Shown in pieces: positions 29,960 to 42,103 of a stretch of 64,000 nt of DNA. The stretch comes from Bugula neritina (Eukaryota > Animalia > Bryozoa): positions 5,708,233 through 5,772,232 of the forward strand of contig OZ037772.1 of assembly GCA_964035545.1 (NCBI GenBank). Direction: 5' to 3'. A model generated the notes under the pieces. The model had not been told where the DNA came from, made no database searches, and was given only the letters and a program-made list of their open reading frames with translations. The stretch's first letter is position 1; each line of letters starts with the position of its first letter. The position numbers and the translations under genes were made by a program.

Positions 29960-30330
29960 TGTACAATACCATACTAAACTATGCTATGCTATTCTATGTT
30001 ATGCTATGCTATATAATACTATACCATACAGATACTATGCTATACTACAGTATGCTGTCTTATGCTTTGCTATGCTATGCTATATATTCTGCACTGTACT
30101 ACAGTATACTATACTATACTGTGATATACTATACTATAACATACTATATTACATACATGCATGCTATACTTTTCTATACTATACCATGCTAATTAGAGTG
30201 TACACTATACTATATAGCACTACGCTATACTAAAACATAAGATACCTTATTATACTAACCCATACTATGCTACACTATGCTATTCTATACTACAGTATAC
30301 TATACTATGCTACATTACACCATACTATAA
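29960..30330. repeat. (TATAC/TATGC)n pentamer repeat
   Basis: Directly visible. Confidence 0.85.
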
Positions 30331-32988
30331 TATCTATCCTTAAACTATTTATCTAACTATATGTTGCTTGGTAAACAGTCAGTTTCCAGCGACACAGCAA
30401 TAGTAAAAAATGCCGATTCTACAGATACTTAACACTGCTGCCATGCAAGTTATTTTTCCTCCCAATGGGAAAACCATGACTGCAATCAACATGTAAAAAA
30501 CTTTTATTTGTTGTGTACACATTAGAAATTAGCTCCTTTCCTTTGTACTCAATGCATCTTTCATCATTTCAATTTTGTTGTTGTATATTTTTTATATAAA
30601 CACTTTTGAAAGTTTATTATTAATCAAGAACTTTCCCTTTGCAATGCTAGCAAGTTTTTGAAAAATTCCAATGACTCAACACCATCAGTTGACAAAGGAA
30701 ATATATAGCTAGATCAATAAAGTATTTCTGACAGATCAGTAATGTGACGGTTACTAGAAACTTCTATTTAAGTTCCTATTCTAACTGCTCAGTCTTTTAC
30801 TGAATATTTTCCGGCCAAGGCAAAGCTCATAACATTCTTCATTGTGGCTTCACCAAATGCAAGTTGTATAGACTTTTTAGTATTTGAAACCTGTTTTGAC
30901 ACCACTGGTTGCTGGGAGTAATGGATAGAAACAAAAAAGGTAATTTTGACAAAATTCACAAAATCGTTCAGTTTATTTGGGTGTACTTTAATGCACCAGT
31001 ATTTGCATGCTATGGGTTGACGTAGATCTAAGAACTTAGTTTATTAAGCATAACAGATACACAATAATATAAGTGTCTTTATGCTGAAAATAAATTTTTG
31101 AGCTAATTATATAGAGTGATTTGTTAATGTTATTATGATTAAAATTACTGAAGGTTATATAATATTTTTAACTTTTTAAATATTTTTAAATGGTGAGTTG
31201 CTATAATAGCTATGGTTGTTAGAGTGGGTACAGGTGTATTATAGGAGTGGGTATGGATGTAGAAAAAGGTATAAAGAGTAAGGATGTGTATACAGTTTGG
31301 GTAGGTTTTTGTGAGCTGTATGAAAGTGAGAAGCAATGTAATTATTGAGAAGAGGGATGGGTGAAAATGTAGGGGAGGGCACAAATGAGAACATGACTTT
31401 CGGTGTCATATATAGTGAACTTGGTGGCTATAAACTATCTCTGCATATACACTATCATCTCATATACTGAAAATATCTTGATTATAGATTTAGTTTTACA
31501 ATAAAACACTGCGTGTTATTAGTAAACACGTGATTGCATTAAATTACTGCTGCGCTTAGGTTTTTTATTTCTTTAGGTAGGTCTAAAAAGTATTTCTATA
31601 AACTGACAATAAACTAGCGCTTTTCTTAAGAAAATGTTTTTTTAAATCTACAAATTTACGCTTTCAACAGCTCCTCTTTTTACTATTAAATGTCTCTCAT
31701 AAAAACTAAATATAGCTGAGTTGTAAAATTTATATGGCAATCTTTATCATTTTGACGACTGTGCGTTTTTATTTTTTGACATTGACTGTCATAGCTTTTG
31801 AAATGAGTTATCTATTTTGTCCCTATTGGAATTCTGGTTTGTTATGATAATACATTGATTGTTATCTAGCAACTGCTAACTCTATAATATTTACATTTCA
31901 TAATGCATTTGCATTTACATAATGCAATAGATAACGTGATGTGAAAACTTAAAACCAGAATTTCAATTGTTAGTATATTTACATACAATAAGTGACAATT
32001 TCAACAGCTTTCAATTACCTCTATCGCATTCGTATATTTATTTAAAAAAATTACTACCTAAAATTTTTAGGCTCATGTACTTCTCGTCAGTTAGTGGCCA
32101 GAGAGCAGATTACCTATAGTATGTTGTGATTTTAAGGAATTGTATAATAAATATCTCCAGATTATAGATATGCAGCATAACTATATTACTTTTTGATCTA
32201 GTTGATTCCCTGATTATTATCTCTTAATCTTCATCTACTTTCATATTATAACAATGAGCTATTCAACGCTGAATCTTATTATTCAAAAAACTATAGTGCT
32301 AAAATGTGGTCAAGGTTTTTTAAGTATATTGCTGTAATGAACTGTACTATAGCAAAAATGAATATATAGTTTGTGGTGGTAGTTGAGGCATGCGAAGTCA
32401 ATGTTACAGTTTACAAAAGTATCCTACTTCTACATGTGGAACCCAGTCCTTGTTACTTCTTTAAATTCTCGAGTTGTAAATTTTGTGCTTCGAGTTATGT
32501 AGGAATATGTAGCTTGGCTCCATAAAATTAGCTAAAATACATAAGAAACTGAAATCTTATTAGAGAACATTGGTAACTCACTGACACCAGGTTCTTCAAC
32601 ATTACTTTATACATGAGAAATTGATTGCAAGGCTGTTACAGCTATTATTTCAATGATGTAATCTACCAGTGCAAAATAAGGACTTGTGTATTTTACACTT
32701 ATAGAGTTTTGACTATTGTAGTAATTTTATTAAATAGCGTAAACTACGAATTGGAGAATATAGAGTTTTGAGCTGGGCTAAATGAATTTGGGAAAGCTGC
32801 AATCTAATTTATGCATTCCATGATCTAATTGTATAAGTTACGCAATCCACACACATGATATTTTAAGGAAACATGTTCAATATAGTGACTGAGTAGGTGA
32901 CTCATCATATCATGTGCTTGAGAATGCTTTCTTCACTCTATTTATAACATAGCAACTTTTCGTTTAATCAGATTTAGAAAACTCTGCC

Positions 32989-35900
32989 ATGTTTTGTCTT
33001 GACCTAACAATCTCACGTGACTGTGAGAATATTAAAAAACCTGGTGTGTTTTATAGATTCCATAGACAAGCATTAGTAAGAAGAAATACATTTGAAAAAA
33101 ATCAAGAGTCCAAATACCGGACTTGCCACTTCCAATGCTCAAGCTTTAGCATAAGTAATAACCAATCGGATAAAGCTGTTCCAACTTTAACCAACCAGAT
33201 GTGTGCCTTAGTGGGCGCAAAGAATCGAAAAAGTACCCATGACAAAAGTTTCTTAGGAGATCAAAGGAAATGTGGACTGAGTCATGATGGAGTAACAGCA
33301 GCCTCTTTTGAAATGTTACCCGCTGTTGGAGTTTCAACTTTTACAGTTGGAGTCTCTATGGAGGTCTCTGACCCAAGGTTAAGAACCAATACCATTCCTT
33401 TTGCTCACACATCCGGAAACAGTATTGCTCTTGCACATAGGCATAGGGAAAACAAATTTAAAGCTCGACTTTTGGAAATTGGTGACAAATCTGTATCTGG
33501 TTCTTTTGGAACTAGCTTTGAGCTTAATGTTGAACAGGCAGAAAAGGTAGTCCGGGCTTCAGAGCCAATAGATTTAGAATCAAACGTAGATCTGTACATA
33601 AAAGTTTTAGGTTTAGTAAACTTACCCTCTGTGCTAGCAGGAAACTCACGCAGCTTCAGTGCAGTCTCTATGGCTAGCAGCGGCTTTGTCATGTGTAATA
33701 GTTCAAGCAGCGCAAGCTGCCCAATCTGTAAGTTAGAAATAGAGTTACCTTTACAGTATATAAACTTGCTTGCTGCTCATTTAGTATTGAGTCCTTTATG
33801 TCGCTTAGCCTCAGCTCTCTATGATGAACAAACAACGATATCTTCACTCTCAGGCAGCCGAAACTCAGCAGGAAGTGGTAAGTCATACGTTTGCTAAAGT
33901 TTGTGTGCCTTAACTTGAAGTGTATAAGCCTTTCGCCCCCACTGTGAAAATAACCGGGCCAATACTTTTAGCTTGCACCCAGGCGAACTATGACCTACTC
34001 AATTATACATCCGACCCCGATCTCTAGAACTCCTTTGTATGTCCCCTTTCCTACTCCTTTAATCTTCAGTTTTGAGTGCTTTAACTTCAAGAGTTGAAAC
34101 CTTTTTGCCCCATGGGATTCAAACCCAATACCCTCTTTTTTTAAACTGGCAAGCTACTCACTACACCCAGAGACTACTGTGTGAACCCAACACTCAATCT
34201 CACCCAAGTCCCTAAAACTTCTTTGGCCCCTTTACCACTCCTTCAATTTTCAGACCCTCCAACACCATCGGAGTGCCACTATTACACTGCAATAAATGCC
34301 AAAATAAAACTTTTACCCTTTACCGAACTTACTGCTATCACTACATAGAAAAGTATGTTTAAAATAACTACAGCCCATAAATAAATTGAATCATTATATA
34401 CTATTTTATAGCAATAATGATGTGCTTTGTGTCTGTTCAATCAGAAACTGGAAAGGATGACATTTTAGAATATGTGGTACAAGCTAGGTCAGAAGAAACA
34501 GGAAATAGAAGAAACAGCAGTAGCTACACCAATGAAGAACAAAAGAAAGTTCAGCTATTACATTTGGGAGAAAAACTGTATGCTTGCACTTTAATAATTA
34601 GAATCATTCTAAATAGAATTACCCAAAGTATTATCACGGATAACTTGTTCCTATATAGTCTGATCTTCCAAATGTATAAAGTGCAAGTGTAATTCATTAT
34701 ATAACTGTGTTCTTATAAATTTTGCTAACTGTTTACACACAATGCATCTGACATACCATGTAGCAACAAATACATAAAATCTCAGGGATTGAAGGAGTAC
34801 TTTTATACTGACTGACTTACACAACTGACCGCATTGTTGATTTATCACTGCAGCTGATTAACCTTTTCACTTTTTCCCAATTTTTTGTTGTAGAGAAACT
34901 TGCAATATGGAGTCTCTTCAATTTCCAAATAATAAAAACCAAATGGAAAACCCTTACTTTAGTGAAAGGTTCAGGAAACAAAGTTTTACTGAGAATGGCA
35001 TTCCTGAAAGTCCAGGATTACAGCTGCTTGCATCAAGGGGGCTGTATTTGAGTGGTGAGTTTCAGCATCTCAGCATATGATAGCTTTGAAAATACATTCC
35101 GAATTAGATATAATTTAGTAATACTCTTATTGATTATCCAAAAAATTAAACCTGTGTTTTTTTGAAAACAAATAATTTTCTAATTTTCTTGTAATTAGTT
35201 TTCAACCCTAGAGATTACTAATGTTTAGGTTTACTCTATGATTAAAGGTCATTGCCATGCACCGAATATTATAGGCATTGTCAGAAAACTGATTCTTCCT
35301 ATCAGTTTACCCAAAAGAACTTTTCAGTGTTTCATATTTACCAACAAGTTTTATAGAAACAGTATTATTCATTTTAAGAACCAGTTTGTTTGAATCACCT
35401 GTGAAATTGTTTACTCGGTGAATTTTGCTGTATTTATTAGCTAATCAAAAGAAACGAGAAATTAGGTGCTTTTATTGTAACCTTCGAAAAAACTTCAGAC
35501 CAGAAATGTTGCTTGAAGTTGAAGCAGCCTCTTATCTAGATAAACATCATTTCAACAACAACTGTGGTCATATCATTGGTAAGTTGTGCTTCTTGATCAC
35601 ACCTGAATTTTTCAAACACTGCTTATTTTAATGAGACATAATACTCTGCTAGTAACTCAGTCAAGTGCTTTAAGTGAACTTAGCACACCCTTTTGTCTAA
35701 ACCTGTAGGGTCTCCACTGACAGGCAACATACCAGACGTCTGCAACCTATTAGCTTACAAATATGACAGACAAACAGATGCCAGCAATCTACTGACACAG
35801 GCAGACACACTAAATAAATTTGCTGGTCTTGGCATCAACCTGATTCTGTCAAAACACCCAGAAATGGCTGTGATATCAAGGAGAATGGCTTCTTTTCTGA

Positions 35901-38900
35901 CATACCCATACAAGTCAGCAAAACACCCTGAGCAGCTGGCAGAAGGGGGTTACTTCTATTCTGGTATCTGATCAGCCCTAACTCTATAAATTGTGTGCAA
36001 TGTTTATGAAAGAGCAGACTAGCACTTTACAATATGTGCTCAGGTTTATCATTTCCTGAAGTCGTGAATGTCTTTAATGTAATAAATGTCAATATAGTTT
36101 TGTCTGACATTTCATATGTTGTAATTAGCTTGTGTCAACAGAAATGCAACCTTTGGCATATTGTGGCATTCAAATACGTAGAATGCTTGTCAGTTAGGTG
36201 TTATTTGACTTCCGACTGCCAAATTTTCAGCTAACCACCAGGCACATAGGCTTGTGACTAATATGAATGTTTATGAGGAAGTAGTGGGTCTGAAGGCTCC
36301 ATCTAGAGAATGACATATATTATTAGTTTGAAATGATGATGCTCACATGTGCTGAGTATAATACAGTAATTAAAGTTATTTTTCGATGATTCCATAGTGT
36401 ATATCTAGAAGTTAAATTGAAAATTTTCCTATTGGATAGTTTGAGTATAGTAATTCATGTAATGCCAATATAAGTCATTCAATCAACTTTATTTTAATAG
36501 TGCTTTTTCTCATTGCTTCTCACCGTATCAGTTTTAATCCCTGCGGTAAAAATGTGGTTCTGCATAGCCAACGCAATTAGTGATTTCTATCCGATTCTAT
36601 CATTCTTGTATTTGCCTTTTAATCTCTACGGGTTCACATCAAATATGTTGGTGTCCATCCATCAATGTTTACGTTTTCCTCTCTTTCTCTTGCTTTTAGT
36701 CAGAGTAATAATGTTAGGATTGCCAGCCTCAGTTTTGTGGTTTGCGTCAAACCTACGTTGCCGCTGTGCGTTGATTTTACAGGGTGTTGTCCTATTTATC
36801 ACTGATTGTGTGTTGGTTGTCCGCATGATTGTCTATGATACAGGGTTTTTAAGGCCAAATGCTCTTCCTGACATCAAGCCCTCTGTTATTTTTGGGCTTG
36901 AAACCCTCTGCAAGATTCGTTTGCTTGTCCAGGTCGAAGTTATGTCGTTGCTTTTTCTCAGCATGCAAGTTAAATTAAAACATGTTAAAACTGAGGAGCC
37001 AAAATATTTATGTTTTTATTGAACTACAAAATATGAGTTATATACTGAAAAAACTTTTCGTTCTCACAGGAAATGGTGAAAGTGTGACATGTTACTCCTG
37101 CGGAATAGTGTCATCTAATTGGACACGCAGATGTGATGTGTTTACGCGTCACGCCAGAAGTTATCCCACCTGTGCTCATGTCATCTCTACTAGAGGGCAG
37201 CAGTTTGTTGATGACGTCTTGGCAGAGTTTGGCTCTTACCATTCCATACCACCGGAAAATAAGATCACTGTGGGTGTTAGATACTGTATGATGTTTTATT
37301 GCAGTATATATATTATACTATATTATATTAAATTTTTAAATCATGTTTTTTATAATATTATTAAAAAAGGCATAATTTAAAAGTTTAACATAATATAGTA
37401 TAATATATATACTGCAATAAAACACCATATACAGTATATTGTAGCGTAATACAGTATATAACGAACTGTAGTGTAGTAAAATATAGCATGTAACATGAAA
37501 TACTGCTATATAGCACAGTAATATATAATGAAATGTAAGAAAATATAGTGAAATATAATATAATGCAATCAGATAAAATAAACCCACACTTTTTAAGCTA
37601 TATAAAAACCACTGAAGGTATTTTATGCAGCTAAGAAGTTTTGTAATTGTGGCAGTAAAGTAATTACGATCAATGGCCTTTACTAGGAATGGAACCACTA
37701 AGCTTGTACTCAACAACAAGTCAGTGCTCTAACCACTACACCACAGCTGCACTTCCTATGCCATGATATGAGAGAATATTAATTGTTAGATAATCATAGT
37801 TATATTCCTTGTTTTAGGTGGTTTCAAATAGAATGCTCAGACCTCGAATGGACTCAATACCACTTCAGAAAGCACTGGATATGGGAATGTCAAGTCAGGC
37901 ACTTAAAACCGTAGTTCAGCGAAGAATTATGGTTGGTTTTACTCAGAAGCTCGGTGTTGTTTTATTCTAGTCACAGCTGTTGAGCTTTATGTCCAATCTA
38001 TTTCTCACTGATCAAATAAATTTGTAAAATAGAGCTACGCATTACCAGTATGCTACACAAATTGTTGCAAATCACTATAGTATATTTATCTTCACTGAGC
38101 ATTTGATAATCTGTCTGGTTTTCTCAGAAAGGAGGGCCAGATTTCAAGTACATCTCTGAGATAGCAAAGGAAGTACAAGAATTGAACGTTCCAGAAGTCC
38201 AGTTGCAGGAAGCCAATGCTACATCTATTGTGTTACCTAAAATAATAAATCCACCAGAATCTGAGGGTAACATGAAAGAGGAATTGATGTCATCAGCAGA
38301 GGGTCAGATAGATGACGCAGTAGAACAGAGCAGTAGCCATATTGAGAACAGAACAAATCTCTCTATAGAGACGGATAAGATAAAAGGTAGTGATATTTTT
38401 CAAAATATTTTAATTGAATGCAAACATACAATAGATCCTTATTGCATCTTTTTAAAATTGTTTGTATGTTTTTTATAACATTTTGTTGTATACCTAATAG
38501 AATAGAAATATATGTTACGAAAACGCATGGCGCTACATATGCATTAAAAAGAAAAGTTTCTACTCTTATATAATAAAAATCCGTTAGAGTTTATCTGCAT
38601 GTGCTGACCACAAACATCGCACCCATACAGTATGATAAATTCTTATAATGTACTTTTATATTTTATTTATTTAGTATTCTCGTTTTGATCGTGAGATGAA
38701 ACATAATGATTTATCTAGGTAAGGATGTAGCTGTTCAAGGTAGCCCAGTGTTTCCACAGCACTAACAAGATTATTTGAATTTTAGTAGTTGCAGACGTCA
38801 GAACTGAGGCGACTGAACTCAAGTCTGAACTTCTCTGTAAAGTCTGTATGACAGAACCTGTGTCTATGATATTTCTGCCTTGCTCACATCTCAGTAAGTT

Positions 38901-39963
38901 TTTAGACATCTCTGAGTTTTTTTATTTTTCAACAACAGCTTTGTAATACAATATGTGTTGTTCCAAAGTCATTACAAAACATTTTCTCAACTATCTATTG
39001 CAAAGTGTAACTTGGTTACAGCAAAACAAAACTGAAAAATAGCAATGAGTTTTGTTATATCTCAAAGCACCTGTTGATCGAATTATTTAGATCTATAGGT
39101 CAAGTTACATGACCTTATGTTTACATTCTCTACACACTGTTGTGCGTTCCCATAATCTGTGAATAAAGTTTTATGGCTTAATATTTACATTCCTGTACAC
39201 TATAATGTGTTCCCATGGCATAGGGTAACCATAGTTATGTAAACAATTGTGCAAACTATGATCACCTAACAAATGTCACATTGCAACAAGATATAAACAG
39301 GTCCACAAATAAAGAGATGTTTGTTTAGCAAATTATTTGCCCTTTGTGGATGACAAATATAGAATAAATGCAGAAATATAATTGTTTCAAATGCTATGTC
39401 ACCTATAGTAACTATTATTTCGTTGTCCAGTTTGTTCCATTAGTTTTTAGTTTTTATTATTTTGCTTTATTTGTTTTCTTATTTCATATCAACTAATTAT
39501 TTTTCAATATAAAATTGCATGACTAAATAGTACTACGATATGGCTTATATAAACATAAAAAGTAAAATGCTTTTGAAATCAATGTCTTTCTATATCTATA
39601 CAATTTGATTTGTAATTGAAAACCTTCCTTGACTTAATTTTTCCATTTGGTACTTGCTTTCTTTACTGACATTCTACTAAGGTTTCTCTAGCATAAAGTT
39701 GGGGCTCGATAAAACTTTCTTCCATATAATACTACAAAATAAAGGATGTGTATGGGCATTGAACAATTTAAAATTTTTGCTTTTTATGAACTTGACTGAC
39801 GTCTGCAATAGCAAAGAGTTGTGTTGAGTTGATGAATTAATTTTAAATCATGAGTCCTTTAATTACAGCCTGCTGCTCTGTTTGCTCAGCTGTCATGGTG
39901 AACTGCCCACTGTGCAGAAAGGATGTAGTGGGAACCATCAAGATCAAGTTCTGTAGTGGATGA
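32989..39963 (+). CDS. Inhibitor-of-apoptosis (BIRC-family) protein: N-terminal extension, 3 BIR, UBA-like, RING
   Basis: Phase-compatible exons 32989-33877, 34412-34487 (tentative), 34894-35054, 35441-35578, 35709-35963, 37070-37269, 37818-37931, 38128-38386, 38786(or 38789/38795)-38893, 39869-39963. BIR1 CPIC-x16-H-x6-C; BIR2 RKQSF...LASRGLY...CFYC...H...C; BIR3 RMASF...LAEGGYFYSG...CYSC-x16-H-x6-C; UBA-like KALDMGM...KTVVQRRI; RING CKVC...PCSH.TCCSVC...CPLC. True 5' start uncertain. Confidence 0.9.
34100..34176 (-). repeat. tRNA-derived SINE-like head (degenerate)
   Basis: Minus strand reads CTGGGTGTAGTGAG (A-box-like) ... GGGTTTGAATCCC (B-box-like); no intact cloverleaf. Confidence 0.45.
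36510..36960 (-). mobile_element. SINE/LINE remnant with RTE-like 3' tail in IAP intron
   Basis: Minus strand gives a decayed KRKRGK...W.D...DR pattern like RTE C-termini; shares a core with 2250-2390. Confidence 0.45.
37281..37437. repeat. Near-perfect ~157-bp AT-rich palindrome in IAP intron
   Basis: TGTTTTATTGCAGTATATATATTATACTATATTAT pairs with ATAATATAGTATAATATATATACTGCAATAAAACA around a centre near 37357. Confidence 0.9.
37676..37750 (-). repeat. tRNA-derived SINE-like head
   Basis: Minus strand GCAGCTGTGGTGTAGTGGTTAGAGCACTGAC...GGTTCCATTCC: A and B boxes at tRNA spacing, acceptor stem not pairing. Confidence 0.55.
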
Positions 39964-42103
39964 CCTTAATCTAATTAGTGAATATCAATTATTCCAATAA
40001 ACTGAGTGAATATGAATGTTGGCAGGAAAGCGTGTCAGATGGATTACAACATCAGTAGGAGTGAATGGATTATGAAAGTTGACACATCTGCCAATCAAAT
40101 TAAGCTAATTTTTCCCAACTGACTTATTATTTCAAAATTAGAAGTTATTGTCTTGACTCACAAACATTACCCAACAATACTATAATTATTATCACATAAA
40201 CAATATTGACGCTATTTTTTTAAGAAATCACCCAACCGACAGTTTTGAAAAGGCAAAAGTTTCACAAAACAAAGCTTTATACAAACAGAACGCGGTACTA
40301 AGAGCTATATAAAAAGTACAAAATACTATGTAATCGAAATTCTCTCGAGACACTGTGCTAAGTTTTTTGGGGACATTAGACTAAACTTTTTGTTTTGCTG
40401 ATGCTTAGGCTATTAGTACTGCAACTGATCTACATCCTCACGTTTTTGGCACAGTCCCTAAGTTGAGAATACTTTGAACAAATAGCTTTAGTAATTTTGC
40501 TAAGGAGTGTTTTTGATTTTATACTTTGATGGACAAAAATTTAGGTTTAATTCAGTAAGCAATAAAATAAATATATGTGCTGTGTTGTAAAATTTTTTTC
40601 ATGAAATAATCTCATCTTATTGTATTATTCATATTACACATGTTATAATAATATCATATTCATATTATATTAGTTTCTGAACTGCTGAGACATTTTATTA
40701 TATGTTTGAAAATCTTTGAATACCTTCTTAAATTTATTCAAGTGCTCCTTAAGTACCCTTCCTGAATGCTGATGCAAGAGCATAAAGCCTTTTTGCTAAT
40801 ATAGTGGTTTACTTTCAAGTTTAGTCTTATCGATGAAATATATTTGTTATCTGTAGCTATATGCAGTTACAAACTTTATAGATAGATATATTTCAATAAC
40901 TTATTTTATTGCATACTTGCATGGAGGGTTAGATGATATGCATACTCAAGAGAAAATAATAACTACTCAATAGAATATCACATATTATAATGATACCTAC
41001 TGGACTTTGTAACATTTTAAAGAATGCCAGTTAAATTAGTTGATAATTCTTAAATTGCAGTTTTATCAGTTTTATTTTGCTTCATATTATTTATGGTTAA
41101 AATAAGAGCCTAATAAGAGCAATGAAAGGAAATTATTCAACAGGTTTCTGGGGATTAATTTTTTAAGTCTGATGCTTGAATCATGCAGTCATTAGCTAAC
41201 TAAAAGAAATGGTAAGAGGTGCTTTCTGAAGTGCATGCATGTGTTGTTTTATTGTGAACATTTTGTATAGTTAGCAGTTACTTGCACGCTGAAGGATCGG
41301 ATTTTGTGTATTTCTCTAAGTATTTGAGAGTGAATAATGTATAGCCATGTAGAAAGGTATGACACTTTAAGTATTCATGTGCTATAGAATGAGTTTACTT
41401 CAATCAGCTGCCCAAGTGACTCTCCCCATAGAGCTATATTTGCTACAACAATCAACTTCACATTTATGTTAGACTCAGATACAGCTGTGTTTTATTTCAG
41501 CGTTATTTACTTTGTCCAATTGGTAACATTATGTCTTTAATAATAACAATAATTACTAAATAGTATGGTTCAATTAAGATAGACAACGAGTTTAAAGCTT
41601 GAAGAAATGTATTAGAATGCAGGAAATTACATAATTACAATGAAGAACATTTTAAAATAAAAACAAACCAGTTAAAATGCAGGAAAGTGTGATACTGAAA
41701 GAGTCAAGAAACTATTTAGTATGTTGATTAAAATCTATATTGCACAGAGTTGCAGACGTGTGCAAAAGTATAATCATGATTAAAAAGGACTGTCGACACG
41801 GCTGCCTTAACGTTTATTAAAACAGTGACGGTTGAATTTTATTATAACCATATTTGTTGATTAATCAACATTTCAATAATTTTCCTTCATTCAATTTTTT
41901 AACAATCCGTTCTTTGTTTGAATACTTGTTTAAATTTTATAAACTAAAAACTAAAGATAACTATGTTTATATGCAAAAGGTGTCATCATTAAACATATTA
42001 TTTTATCATCTATTTCTAAAAGTTATAGCTAAACAAATTTTAAACCAAGTTATACCATGACAAATTTATTTGCAAATTTGTCTTAAAAGATTCTATCAGA
42101 AAT

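Noticed and set aside
21110-30233. Leu/Ser-rich, Pro/Ser-rich and Tyr-rich ORFs (21110, 21142, 25664, 29898, 29959)
   Set aside because: Arise from (CTA)n, CT-rich and pentamer repeats.
34100-37750. Functional tRNA genes at ~34100 and ~37680
   Set aside because: Box motifs present but stems do not pair; treated as SINE-like heads.
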